A program made the translations under genes and the position numbers. The notes beneath the pieces were generated by a model, which saw only the letters and a list, made by a program, of their open reading frames with translations, did not search any database and was not told the origin of the DNA. A stretch of DNA of 64,000 bases from Candidatus Poribacteria bacterium (lineage in GTDB: Bacteria; Poribacteria; WGA-4E; PCPOR2b), in NCBI GenBank assembly GCA_965208325.1, contig OZ242326.1, positions 544,001 through 608,000 of the forward strand. The letters are read 5' to 3'. Shown one piece after another: positions 40,521 through 49,892 of this stretch; the first letter of the stretch is position 1, and every line of letters starts with the position of its first letter.

Positions 40521-42434
40521 ATGCCGAGGATTTCCAAGGAAGAATATCGGAAACGGTTGGACAAAATTACGGAATTGTTCGCTAGCATCGTGGGACACGC
40601 CGATGAACAAGCCGCATATAGGTGTCCCTACAAAAACCGGTTCGATCAATGTACTGCCAAATTCGGCTGTAGGAATCAGCGTAAACCTCGTGAAAAAGGG
40701 AAGTCATTGATGTGCGGCGGCGACGATAAGCTTGACTATCGCAGCGCATGGGATACTGAGGCTGGTGTAGGTGTTTTTATTGAGAGTGAAGGCGATTATG
40801 GAAAGGGCACTATAACGCATGACGGCACAAAGCGTAACCTTACAGCCGGGAAAACAGTTTTCGACTATGCTGACGAATTGGCGGTACAGGTGCCGACCTC
40901 CTGTTTTCGTACGGGGCAATGTCACGAGTGTATCGTTGAGATTAAGCAAGGCATACAGGCATTGCGTCCACGCAACGAAGCTGAGTCGTTTCTTCGGGAA
41001 AATTACCGTCTTGCTTGTCAGGCAGTTGTCGAAGACCCCGATACCGATGTACAGTTTTCGCCGCTGCGCAGAAAGCCTAGGATTCTCACACTTACCCAAG
41101 AAAAGCCCGCTGAACTCGAACCGATGGTCACCCGCCAGGGCGATACAGTCTACTACGATAGGGAAGCTATCGACACATACCGCGGGCACCTTTACGGTCT
41201 TGCCATAGATTTGGGTACCACAACCGTCGTAATGGATTTGGTAAATCTTGAGACCGGCGAAAGCGTGAGCGTCAACTCCTTTGAAAATCCGCAGCGGTTC
41301 GGCGGCAGCGATGTGATGCATCGTATTTCATACGACGGTGTGTATGCCGGTGAGTTACGCAAGGCGGTTACCAATGCCCTGAATCACGAAATCGCCGAGA
41401 TGGGAAAACGTTTGGGCTTCGTCCGTCAGGAAATCTACGAGATTGTTGTTGCGGGCAACTCGACTATGCGCGATATTTTCTTCAAGTTGGACGTGCAGAG
41501 CATCGGCCAAAAACCCTATAAGTCCGTGATTGAACACGCGTACATCGCAGAGGAACTCAACACGACTTCGCTTGTTGAGAAAACGCGGCGTTTAGGGCTT
41601 CGGGCGAATCCAAGAGCCCGAGTTTATGGGTTGCCGTTGATTGCAAGCCATGTGGGTGCCGATGTTGCAGCCGATTTGGTCGCCATTGACATGGTATCGC
41701 AGAAAAAAGCGGTCATGCTGGTAGATGTTGGTACTAACACTGAAGTCGTTGTGGGACACGCGGGACGGCTGATAACAGCGTCTTGTCCGGCAGGTCCCGC
41801 GTTTGAAGGCAGCGGAATTAAATTCGGTATGCCAGGTTACGAAGGAGCCATCGAGTCAATTCGGTGGGGTGACGGCCAAATCAATTATGACACTATTGGC
41901 GGTATTGCACCACAAGGCATCTGTGGATCGGGATTAATCGACCTGTTGGCAGAACTTCGCCGCCATAATCAGATGACAGCAAAAGGTGTTTTTGCTGATA
42001 GAAAACAGTATGACATGACCGTTGTGCCCGAACATGGCATTACGCTTTCCCGGGAAGACATTAGCAACTTGGCTCAAGCCAAGGCAGCCAATTACTGCGG
42101 ACAATTGATAGTCTTGCGAGAGTTCGGTATCGACCCATCGGAAATCAATCGGCTTTATTTAGCCGGTGGATTCGCAAATTATGTGGATGTTCACAACGCC
42201 GTCGAAATCGGTTTTCTTGCGCCAGTGCGCGGCGATAGAATCGTCAAAGTTGGAAACGCAGCGGTGCAGGGCGCGCGGGAAGTTCTCCTATCACGGAAAA
42301 AGCGTGACAATATTGAGCATCTGGTTAAAGGAATTGAACATGTCGAACTAGAGACAACGCCCGATTTCTTTGAGGTGTTCGTGGAAGGGTGCCAGTTTAA
42401 ACCCATGCCGAAGGAGTTAGCTGACATATCATGA
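40521..42434 (+). CDS. ASKHA-domain reductive activator of corrinoid proteins (RACo/RamA-like) with a 2Fe-2S domain
   Basis: SC...G.C.EC...RLACQ ferredoxin, AIDLGTTT, NPQ..GG.DV..RI, GNSTM, VDVGTN.E, AGPAFEG, GICGSG and LAGGF motifs. Confidence 0.92.
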   Translation: MPRISKEEYRKRLDKITELFASIVGHADEQAAYRCPYKNRFDQCTAKFGCRNQRKPREKGKSLMCGGDDKLDYRSAWDTEAGVGVFIESEGDYGKGTITHDGTKRNLTAGKTVFDYADELAVQVPTSCFRTGQCHECIVEIKQGIQALRPRNEAESFLRENYRLACQAVVEDPDTDVQFSPLRRKPRILTLTQEKPAELEPMVTRQGDTVYYDREAIDTYRGHLYGLAIDLGTTTVVMDLVNLETGESVSVNSFENPQRFGGSDVMHRISYDGVYAGELRKAVTNALNHEIAEMGKRLGFVRQEIYEIVVAGNSTMRDIFFKLDVQSIGQKPYKSVIEHAYIAEELNTTSLVEKTRRLGLRANPRARVYGLPLIASHVGADVAADLVAIDMVSQKKAVMLVDVGTNTEVVVGHAGRLITASCPAGPAFEGSGIKFGMPGYEGAIESIRWGDGQINYDTIGGIAPQGICGSGLIDLLAELRRHNQMTAKGVFADRKQYDMTVVPEHGITLSREDISNLAQAKAANYCGQLIVLREFGIDPSEINRLYLAGGFANYVDVHNAVEIGFLAPVRGDRIVKVGNAAVQGAREVLLSRKKRDNIEHLVKGIEHVELETTPDFFEVFVEGCQFKPMPKELADIS

Positions 42435-42514
42435 CTTTAGAAACGTGTCGGGCAGCTCACATACCAGATAAGAAGCCTACAGGAAAGCTGACCACATATC
42501 TTTAGGAGACGAAG

Positions 42515-43552
42515 ATGAAGCTTAACGGTCTAGAATTCATAATTATTGGTGAAAATGTGCACACTACTCGTGTGGTGCGTCGAAAAGGGAAGCTCGTTAC
42601 GAATAACGCTGACGGTGTCGAATCCATTCGCTATCTAGATAGAAACAAAAAACGCCGGTATCTCGTCATCCCCGATAGCATCAGGAAAACTCAGGACTAC
42701 GAGGAAGGGCGCATTAAACACGTCAAGATCGCCATTCAGGCAGCCATGACCGAAAAAAATCCTCATGCCGGTGAAGGGCTCGAGTACCTGATGCGACTGG
42801 TGCAACGTCAGTTAGACGCCGGAGCCGATTACTTAGACTTGAATGTAGACGAGGTCTCATTGCATCTTGAGGAACAAAAGGATGCCATGAGATGGCTTGT
42901 GCAGGCCGTGCAGGAGATGTATTCTATTCCATTGTCGGTGGATTCATCCAATACGGAAATCATACAAGCGGGACTTGAGGCCGCTGATGGCAAAGTTGTC
43001 CAAACTATGCTAAATTCAGCAGCACCTGAACGCCTTGATACCCTAGATCTTGCGAAACAGTACCATACGAGGGTCATTGTTCAAGCAGCGAGCGTAAACG
43101 GTATGCCAGAAAACGCCGAAGAACGGGTGTCCAATGCCTCTTTCATGGTGGAAAAAGCCTTAGATAAAGGGATTGCGATTCATGATATTTTCATTGACCC
43201 CGTAATCTTTCCAATCTCAGTCGACAGCCAATACGGCAATCACTGCTTCGATGCGATACGGCAAATTCGCGAGAAATATGGTCCCAATCTCCATATTAGC
43301 GGCGGTTTCAGCAACGCCTCATTCGGTTTACCATGCCGCCGCCTCATTAACGATGTATTTATGATGTTAGCCATTGAAGCCGGTGCGGACAGTGGGATCA
43401 TTGATCCTGTCACGAGTGACCCTCGAAAGATTATGGCAATGGATCGACAGTCAAAGCCCTACAAACTCGCTGAAGATATGCTTCTGGGTAGGGACGAATA
43501 TTGCGCTAATTTTATAAAAGCATTTCGAAAAGGGGAATTGGAGCTCCGCTAA
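42515..43552 (+). CDS. Pterin-binding methyltransferase (methyl-THF:corrinoid, AcsE/MetH pterin-domain-like)
   Basis: IIGEN, Q..AGADYLDLNV, PLSVDS, NSA, IFIDP, GGFSN.SFGLP.R and G.DS.IIDP motifs, with an N-terminal insertion. Confidence 0.85.
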   Translation: MKLNGLEFIIIGENVHTTRVVRRKGKLVTNNADGVESIRYLDRNKKRRYLVIPDSIRKTQDYEEGRIKHVKIAIQAAMTEKNPHAGEGLEYLMRLVQRQLDAGADYLDLNVDEVSLHLEEQKDAMRWLVQAVQEMYSIPLSVDSSNTEIIQAGLEAADGKVVQTMLNSAAPERLDTLDLAKQYHTRVIVQAASVNGMPENAEERVSNASFMVEKALDKGIAIHDIFIDPVIFPISVDSQYGNHCFDAIRQIREKYGPNLHISGGFSNASFGLPCRRLINDVFMMLAIEAGADSGIIDPVTSDPRKIMAMDRQSKPYKLAEDMLLGRDEYCANFIKAFRKGELELR

Positions 43553-43555
43553 ACC

Positions 43556-43834
43556 GTGGCTGAATATCAAATATTGTACTGGAAGGGCATTCCAGCCCAA
43601 GTGAGAGTTCTTGAGGGAAAGAAAACAATCTCGCGAGAGATGCCCGCTCGTTTCCAAGCTGACATCGATCGAATCGCAATGCAAGAAGGTTTGTACGGAA
43701 GTGACAATTATCTTGACCAATGGGAATGGACCGAGAAACGCCAGCGGATCGGCGATGCCAAACTAGTATTAGATTCGATCTTACGTGAACTCGAAACCGA
43801 TTACGACGATAAATTTAGAAAACCGAAAAAATAA
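43556..43834 (+). CDS. Small PF13769 (virulence factor)-like protein of corrinoid methyltransferase loci
   Basis: ILYWKGIPAQV, RFQ..IDR.AM..G....D.YL..W motif; GTG start. Confidence 0.78.
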   Translation: MAEYQILYWKGIPAQVRVLEGKKTISREMPARFQADIDRIAMQEGLYGSDNYLDQWEWTEKRQRIGDAKLVLDSILRELETDYDDKFRKPKK

Positions 43835-43842
43835 TTTCAATA

Positions 43843-44889
43843 ATGCCCAATTTCTCACCTGAGACACTTCGTCATATCGGGTACCAGCTTTTTGAAGCCG
43901 CGGGCTGTAAACCCGAAGATGCGCACGTTGTGGTTAATCACCTGATCGAATCCAATCTCTTTGGTCATGATTCTCACGGCGCTATTCGGTTTGGCGAATA
44001 CCTGCGCGCTATTCGAGAAGGTCGGTTCCAACCTCGTGAAACACCTGAGACTGTAAGCGAAAACCCATGTACCGCGGTCGTTGACGCCCGCGGCGCACTA
44101 GGGCAAATCGGCGCGTCCTATGCGATGAACTTGGCAATTGAAAAGGCTGGCCGCCACGGTGTTGGCACGGTGACCTTACGGAATACAAGCCATGTTGGGC
44201 GCGTGGGCGCCTATCCTTTAATGGCCGCTCAGACAGAGATGATTGGTCTTGCCTTTGTCAATGCGGGCCGGCTCGGTTACCAAATTGTTCCCTTTGGAGG
44301 CATTGATGGCCGCCTAAGTACCAACCCAATTGCATTTGCTGCCCCGCGCCGGGAAGCCCCGCCTATTTTTGTTGATATGACTACCTCGGTATCTGCCGAA
44401 GGTAAAATTCGGGTTGCTATCAACCAGGGAAAACAGGTTCCCGAGGGCTGGATCATTGATGCTCAAGGCAATCCCACCACGGATCCGAAAAATTTTAAAG
44501 GTCCTCCGCCCGGAGCCATCCTTCCACTAGGCGGAGTAGTAGCACACAAGGGCTACGGTTTGAGTATTGTTGTAGAACTCTTGGGCGGTGCCTTGAGCGG
44601 TCAAGGTTGTGCCGCTGGTGAACGTTCAATGGCAAGCAATGGTGTGCTATTTACCGTATACCACATTGAGCATTTCACCACTCTTGATGCTTTCTATAAC
44701 GAAGTGGAATTACTGCTTAATCACATCAAATCGAGCCGACTAGCCCCCGGGTTTGTGGAAATCTTAGCGCCTGGTGAACCTGAATTTCGTAACGCTCAAC
44801 GGAAAATGGTCGAAGGAATTGATATTGATGAGACAACTTGGAATAATATCTGCGAAGAAGCTCTCGCCTTCGGGATTAATCTAGAATAA
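43843..44889 (+). CDS. Ldh_2 family (malate/L-lactate/ureidoglycolate-type) oxidoreductase
   Basis: GHDSHG, H.GR.G.Y, TNPIAF..P, DM.TS...EGK, GW..D..G.PTTDP, HKGYGL and PGEPE motifs. Confidence 0.9.
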   Translation: MPNFSPETLRHIGYQLFEAAGCKPEDAHVVVNHLIESNLFGHDSHGAIRFGEYLRAIREGRFQPRETPETVSENPCTAVVDARGALGQIGASYAMNLAIEKAGRHGVGTVTLRNTSHVGRVGAYPLMAAQTEMIGLAFVNAGRLGYQIVPFGGIDGRLSTNPIAFAAPRREAPPIFVDMTTSVSAEGKIRVAINQGKQVPEGWIIDAQGNPTTDPKNFKGPPPGAILPLGGVVAHKGYGLSIVVELLGGALSGQGCAAGERSMASNGVLFTVYHIEHFTTLDAFYNEVELLLNHIKSSRLAPGFVEILAPGEPEFRNAQRKMVEGIDIDETTWNNICEEALAFGINLE

Positions 44890-44941
44890 TGGTGTACCAA
44901 CGCAATGTAATTGTCGAAATTTTAAAATTAGAGCACTTCAA

Positions 44942-45943
44942 ATGAGGACGTTTCTTGAGAGGTTTGCCGACCCAAGCCCTATGATTTACGATGGCGGATT
45001 TGGCTCAGAACTGTTTGCCAGAAGGATTGAGCTGACGAATAGCGAACTTGCGAACGAACTGCATGCAGACGCGGTAATGAATATTCATTCTGATTATATT
45101 GAAGCAGGCGTTAATGCCCTAGCATCAAACACTTTTGTAGCTTCAAGGCTGCATCTTGAAATGGCAGGAATAGAGGGGCATGTGGCGGATAAAACCGCCC
45201 AGTTGGCGGTAGAACATGCCAAGGTAGCAGTTGAAAAAGGTGGCAAGGAAATATATATCGCAGGATCGTTTGGACCTTCGCCCGGCGCAATTGACGCCGA
45301 TAGCGGCGATATTGATTTTGGAATCCCGATCGCTGTTGTCAGGGATGTTTATGAAAGGCTAGCGAACGTTCTGGCAGATGGCGGCGTTGGCTTTTTCGGT
45401 ATAGAAAACATGTTTTCCGCGAGGGAAGCCGCAATAGCAGTCGATGCTACCAGAAAATACGGGCTTCCTATCGCCGTAAACTTGACATATAAGCGCACGA
45501 AGGACCGCGCTAGCGGCAACGTCGTTTACCGTACAGATTGGGGGCATTCGACGGCGAAATTAATAGGCATATTGTCAAGCGGGGAGTTCTCCAATGGTGA
45601 TAATCTGTTGGATTATGTCCACATATTAGGTCTAAATTGTGGTGCGGAAGTCAAGCATGAGCAACACACTGGGATGCCCTATGCGATAAATGGAATACAA
45701 CAGTTGAAAGAAGCATTGGCGATGAATAATGTTCAATCGAAACGGTTGATGGCTTATCCAAATGCAGGTATGGCACGCCTGGACCAGAATCAGCGTACAT
45801 ATAATTCGCAATCCGCATAAGAAATGGTGATTTTCTTACCAACACTTCTCCTAGCAGGTGCATACTTTGTCGGTGGATGCTGCGGCTCTGGATTTTCCCA
45901 CATTTAAGCCTTTCGTGAAATTATCTCCCCGATAAACAATTGA
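44942..45943 (+). pseudogene. Homocysteine S-methyltransferase (MetH N-terminal-like) interrupted by two in-frame TAA codons
   Basis: DGGFGSEL, H..YI.AG....SNTF, IAGS.GP, GLNC and AYPNAG precede TAA at 45818-20. The same frame continues EMVIFLPTLLLAGAYFVGGCCGSGFSHI*(45905-07)AFREII..., with TGA at 45941-43. Confidence 0.85.
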
Positions 45944-45992
45944 CGTAATACCGCTCCAATCCAGATAGCCCCGCGGTACGTAGCAGTTTTAA

Positions 45993-46021
45993 TTGACAAA
46001 CTCCCAATAGAGTCGTATACT
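45993..46021 (+). promoter_or_regulatory. Near-consensus sigma70 promoter upstream of the 845-aa FBPase gene
   Basis: TTGACA(45993-98)-17 nt-TATACT(46016-21). Confidence 0.7.
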
Positions 46022-46216
46022 AACTATTTATAAAAATGCTGTTGCCCGCCTTCTTTAGGCTTTTGTTTTTCCCGTCTTAATACATGTCTCTAGTGAAAAC
46101 TTGCCTAACTTCAGTATGTATAGTTTAGTCTAATAAGCGGCGATCCGAATTCATCCGCGGTTTTGAAAACGGTAAGATGTATAAGGGGCGGTGACAGCAA
46201 CTTTGGAGGTGAATGA

Positions 46217-48754
46217 ATGTCCGATTCCTTTGATGAATCTAGAGAAAATCGTCCACACGGACAATCTAATGTCACCATTGTTACTCTCGATTTGGGGCGT
46301 TGGATTCATGGTGAATTGCCCAACCAGATTGTAGAATTGGCACGCAATGAACTTCAAGGCGGACAATTAGAGAACCGGTTGCGTGGTGCGTGGGTACGAG
46401 GATTTGCGGGGGATTTGCATCTGCACATAACAACCTACAACGAAGATTTCATCGTAAACGGCGCGTATACGAATCATCCTATTGAGGCCGCGGTGCGAGC
46501 CGCTGTCAATGCGGGCCTCATTGCGCTGGAAGAAGCCGTTAAAATGCAACGCTGTACTGACGCGGCAAAGGAAGTCCTGACACTTGATACCGAACAGCAA
46601 GCCGAGGCGTTGCGGCCGTATTACCTAAACTTCCCCTTTACCGAGAGAGGCGCCGAACCCATATTTGCTGCGAAGGCTATCAACGGAAGCTGGGGATTCT
46701 TCAACCGCGCCGTTTTTAATCTGTTTTTCAACCCGGATAAAGGTTCCGGGAGGCGCATTGAGGGAAATGAATTTTTGGGTGTAGTTGAATCAATTGCGGA
46801 TCTCAAGAACGGCGTGGATAATGTACGAACCTATGAGTTTGGCCCTGGAAACCTTAACGAAATGGTCGCATTAATTGCCGACGCCGATGAATGGCGACTC
46901 AGCCGCGTATACGCAGTCCGCGGTAAGTTCGGTGAAAGTGAACTGCGTGGAGAACCCGCCCTTGTGGTCGAAGGTGCCAAAAACCCAGTTTTGGTAGGTC
47001 GCTCTCAGTCAGGTCTTCCCGCTGTCGGTGAATTCACTCAAGCCGTTGGAGAATTCTGCTTTGGACCAGGAGGCGGCGCAGGCAAATACCGGGTTGGACT
47101 CATGCCCGTTAATTTTGAAGAGGCACGCTGCAATTCAATTCCTCAAGGTACAGCGAAAATAGTCGCCTATGCCTATCAGTCCTACGACTACGGAAAGATT
47201 CCGAGTGATTCGGATGTGGTTGACGTTTTTGACCAAAACCGCCCTGAGACTAGGCGTTTACAGCGAGATGCAGCAGACCTAATCGGAAAAATGGTCAGTC
47301 ACGGGGAGTTTGAGCCTTACGTGAACCCAATGGCCGCAGAAGATACCGCCTCACGCGAGGCGCAACGTTTGGTGACACGCTTTGAATCAATTCCTGAAAC
47401 TTCTGACCTTTTGTTAGAAGCCGCAAACAAAAAGGCTATCTTCACACTATCTGATATTAAAGCCGACAGCGGCGGCAAAGTTGGACATACCACGCCCCCT
47501 CACATGTTCCGATATGTTGCGGAGGCTAGTCTGCAAGAAGGGAAAGAAGCAGGGCTAATCTTCGAATCGTCCGAAATCATTGAAGTTGGGGACGACGGAC
47601 ATCTGTTGATGAGTCATAACCGCGGGGCAGATAGCAATGAAATTCATCTTTTCGCTTACCGTACTTTTTTCCGGCAAGTGTGGGTAGCCGAGGTATTGGG
47701 ACAAAAGTGGTATGGTTTGGGGCAGGATTTGGTCGGAGAAACGACGGCTGGACATCCTACCGAAGAATTGGCAAACCTAAACGATGCTTTTCTCAAATTA
47801 TTGCCCAAATTCCTGCCTGCCGCGGAACGTGCACACATAGGTCAGCTTGAAAACGCGTATAGAGTGTGGAAGACTGGTGAAGGCAAAGGGCATAACGTAC
47901 TTCACGTTTTTTCAGGTAACATCTCAGGACAAGGTCCCGGCTTTGCGGAACTCCCGTTGTTTCGCCCTGGTAGAATTGGGCTGCTGGCGATTGACAAAAC
48001 AGGGCCCTCAGCCTTTAATTTGCCGATATGGTGGAGCTTAAATCAAGCATCAGCATCGGGCGCCCTCACTTCCTATCTCAACCAGACCGGGTCAGTAGGC
48101 TGCGTATTGGAAATTTGGGATGTGGAGCATCATCGTCGTATTTTCCTAGACTTCAAGAGTGAAGCAGAAATTGCGCAGCATTTACTTGGCGCGGTCGAAA
48201 GGTTTAACATCAAGCGAATTTGGAGCTGTCGAGCGAATAACTGGAACGCAGAAAGCCCATCGGACGGACTGGGTGAGGTGCTTTTGGCGGCCTCAACTGA
48301 GAAGCTCGCGGTCATTACCGGCGGAGAATACCGAGGGAAAGATGACCCTGTTTTGCTTGCAGTGGAGCCTTTGGCGGACGCGCTCAACCTATTCATGCGC
48401 GATTGCTTTTACATGACCCAGGGAGATGGCCGAGGTTCTCATTTCATGTTCCCGACGCCGCTGCCCTTCCAAGATGCTATAGCGACGGTCAACAGCCGCG
48501 CCGTGGCGGTGTCCGCTTGGGTTAGCATTAATCCTGACGGTCAGATCTGTGGGTTGCAGGACGTTTTTTCGGATGCAATCTACGAAAACGCACGGGATCG
48601 AGCTTACCGGTTAAATAAAGCAATCTGGGATGCTCAAGGCGGCAACTTTATTCCCGTCGGTGTAGGTTCAGCCAAGGTAGAACAATCATATCCTCTGGCA
48701 AAAATGCTGGACCGCATCACTGCCTCAAATTCCGAGTTTGCTTCCAAGCACTAG
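46217..48754 (+). CDS. Tandem-duplicated fructose-1,6-bisphosphate aldolase/phosphatase (class V FBPase) family protein
   Basis: The C-half has IKADSGG.VGH, VGDD..L.M.H, YGLGQDL, FSGN..G.GPG.AE, DKT.P.AFNLP, STEKL....YRGKDDPV and RGSH. The N-half has FTER..EPI, RSQSGLPAVGE, LMPV and HGEFEP. GGAGGTG RBS. Confidence 0.82.
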   Translation: MSDSFDESRENRPHGQSNVTIVTLDLGRWIHGELPNQIVELARNELQGGQLENRLRGAWVRGFAGDLHLHITTYNEDFIVNGAYTNHPIEAAVRAAVNAGLIALEEAVKMQRCTDAAKEVLTLDTEQQAEALRPYYLNFPFTERGAEPIFAAKAINGSWGFFNRAVFNLFFNPDKGSGRRIEGNEFLGVVESIADLKNGVDNVRTYEFGPGNLNEMVALIADADEWRLSRVYAVRGKFGESELRGEPALVVEGAKNPVLVGRSQSGLPAVGEFTQAVGEFCFGPGGGAGKYRVGLMPVNFEEARCNSIPQGTAKIVAYAYQSYDYGKIPSDSDVVDVFDQNRPETRRLQRDAADLIGKMVSHGEFEPYVNPMAAEDTASREAQRLVTRFESIPETSDLLLEAANKKAIFTLSDIKADSGGKVGHTTPPHMFRYVAEASLQEGKEAGLIFESSEIIEVGDDGHLLMSHNRGADSNEIHLFAYRTFFRQVWVAEVLGQKWYGLGQDLVGETTAGHPTEELANLNDAFLKLLPKFLPAAERAHIGQLENAYRVWKTGEGKGHNVLHVFSGNISGQGPGFAELPLFRPGRIGLLAIDKTGPSAFNLPIWWSLNQASASGALTSYLNQTGSVGCVLEIWDVEHHRRIFLDFKSEAEIAQHLLGAVERFNIKRIWSCRANNWNAESPSDGLGEVLLAASTEKLAVITGGEYRGKDDPVLLAVEPLADALNLFMRDCFYMTQGDGRGSHFMFPTPLPFQDAIATVNSRAVAVSAWVSINPDGQICGLQDVFSDAIYENARDRAYRLNKAIWDAQGGNFIPVGVGSAKVEQSYPLAKMLDRITASNSEFASKH

Positions 48755-49134
48755 CACGAGTTTCAGGAAAGAAAAAACAACTCGAAACTACCAGCCCACG
48801 CCCCTTTGGTTTTAACCCTGCCAAGTTTGCACAAACTGCGAATTCAAAAACGTTAACTGTGTAGCAAAGACATTCATTGCAAAGGGTTTTGGAATAGAAT
48901 GATTGTGCGTGCTGACCTACCAATGGAGGACGTTTTAAATAGATATGGTATTGTGAAACCAAATCTATACGCCGCACAGTTTCGCATTGGGTTTACAAAT
49001 CTCTTCAACTCCAAATGTGAATATGCCGTGTTGGAATAGCGTTTGAAACATTGCTGACCAAACCCATGCTAACTGATGCATGTTCCACGCAAGCGTTGTC
49101 CTTCGGGGACAGAAAAAATATTTGAACAAAATTA

Positions 49135-49177
49135 TTGACAAAGCGAAAGTCGTCTGTTATACTTAACGGCGTTAAGT
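49135..49177 (+). promoter_or_regulatory. Extended -10 promoter with overlapping TetR operator
   Basis: TTGACA(49135-40)-17 nt-TATACT(49158-63) with TGn. Perfect inverted repeat ACTTAACG-g-CGTTAAGT at 49161-49177. Confidence 0.8.
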
Positions 49178-49206
49178 TAAATTACGATGTAAATTATGGT
49201 TATGTA

Positions 49207-49812
49207 ATGGGCGTTAAAGAACGCAGAACAAGGGAAAAAGAGCAGTTACGGCGTCAGATTCTTGCTGCCGCGCGAGAGTTGTTCGTCAATGAAGGCTACG
49301 AAAACGTCTCTATGCGAAAGATTGCCGATAAGATTGAGTATTCGCCGACGATGATTTACCTCTACTTCAATGGCAAAGCAGATCTTTTGGATTCCGTTTG
49401 CCAAGAAACCCTCCTGAACCTATTGAATACCCTTGAGCTGCTGAAAAGAGATAAAAGCGACCCCATTGAGAACCTGAGAAAAAGTGGTAAAGCCTATGTC
49501 GAATTCGGTTTAAAGTACCCGCAAGATTACAAGCTGACATTTGTCGTCCGTCCTCAATACCAGGAGGGTTTAGGTCTGCCAGAAGGATCGGTTGGCGAAA
49601 GAGTGTTTAATTACCTGAGTGCAATGGTCTCCGAATGTGTTCGACAGAAGACCTTCCGCCAAGTGGATGTCGAAATCACCGGACAAGCGCTGTGGTCAGC
49701 AGTTCACGGAGTTACCATGCTCCTGATTGATTTCCCCGATTTCCCTTGGGCAGCGAAAGATAAATTGATTGATACGGTGATACACACGATGATCAGAGGT
49801 TTGAAGGCGTAG
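49207..49812 (+). CDS. TetR/AcrR regulator with WHG-type C-terminal domain
   Basis: MGVKERR.REKE, ILAAARELF...GYE.VSMRKIA..IEYSP...YLYF..K and LWSAVHG motifs. Confidence 0.92.
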   Translation: MGVKERRTREKEQLRRQILAAARELFVNEGYENVSMRKIADKIEYSPTMIYLYFNGKADLLDSVCQETLLNLLNTLELLKRDKSDPIENLRKSGKAYVEFGLKYPQDYKLTFVVRPQYQEGLGLPEGSVGERVFNYLSAMVSECVRQKTFRQVDVEITGQALWSAVHGVTMLLIDFPDFPWAAKDKLIDTVIHTMIRGLKA

Positions 49813-49858
49813 AATTTGAATTATTGGGCGAGGTTTAATATATTTTTTTGGCACTCTG

Positions 49859-49871
49859 TTAACACTGTTAA
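49859..49871. promoter_or_regulatory. Second TetR-type operator
   Basis: TTAACA-c-TGTTAA shares the TTAAC-N3-GTTAA core of the site at 49163-49175. Confidence 0.65.
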
Positions 49872-49892
49872 TTTAATTATCTATGTTAATAG

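Noticed and set aside
45818..45907. Stop-codon recoding (Pyl/Sec or genetic-code change) in the methyltransferase operon
   Set aside because: Both internal stops are TAA, not TAG or TGA, and TAA terminates many intact genes in this window. A pseudogene or sequencing error is simpler.
49135..49206. TTG start given for the TetR ORF
   Set aside because: That TTG is the -35 box (TTGACA). The ATG at 49207 gives the family-typical MGVKERR start.
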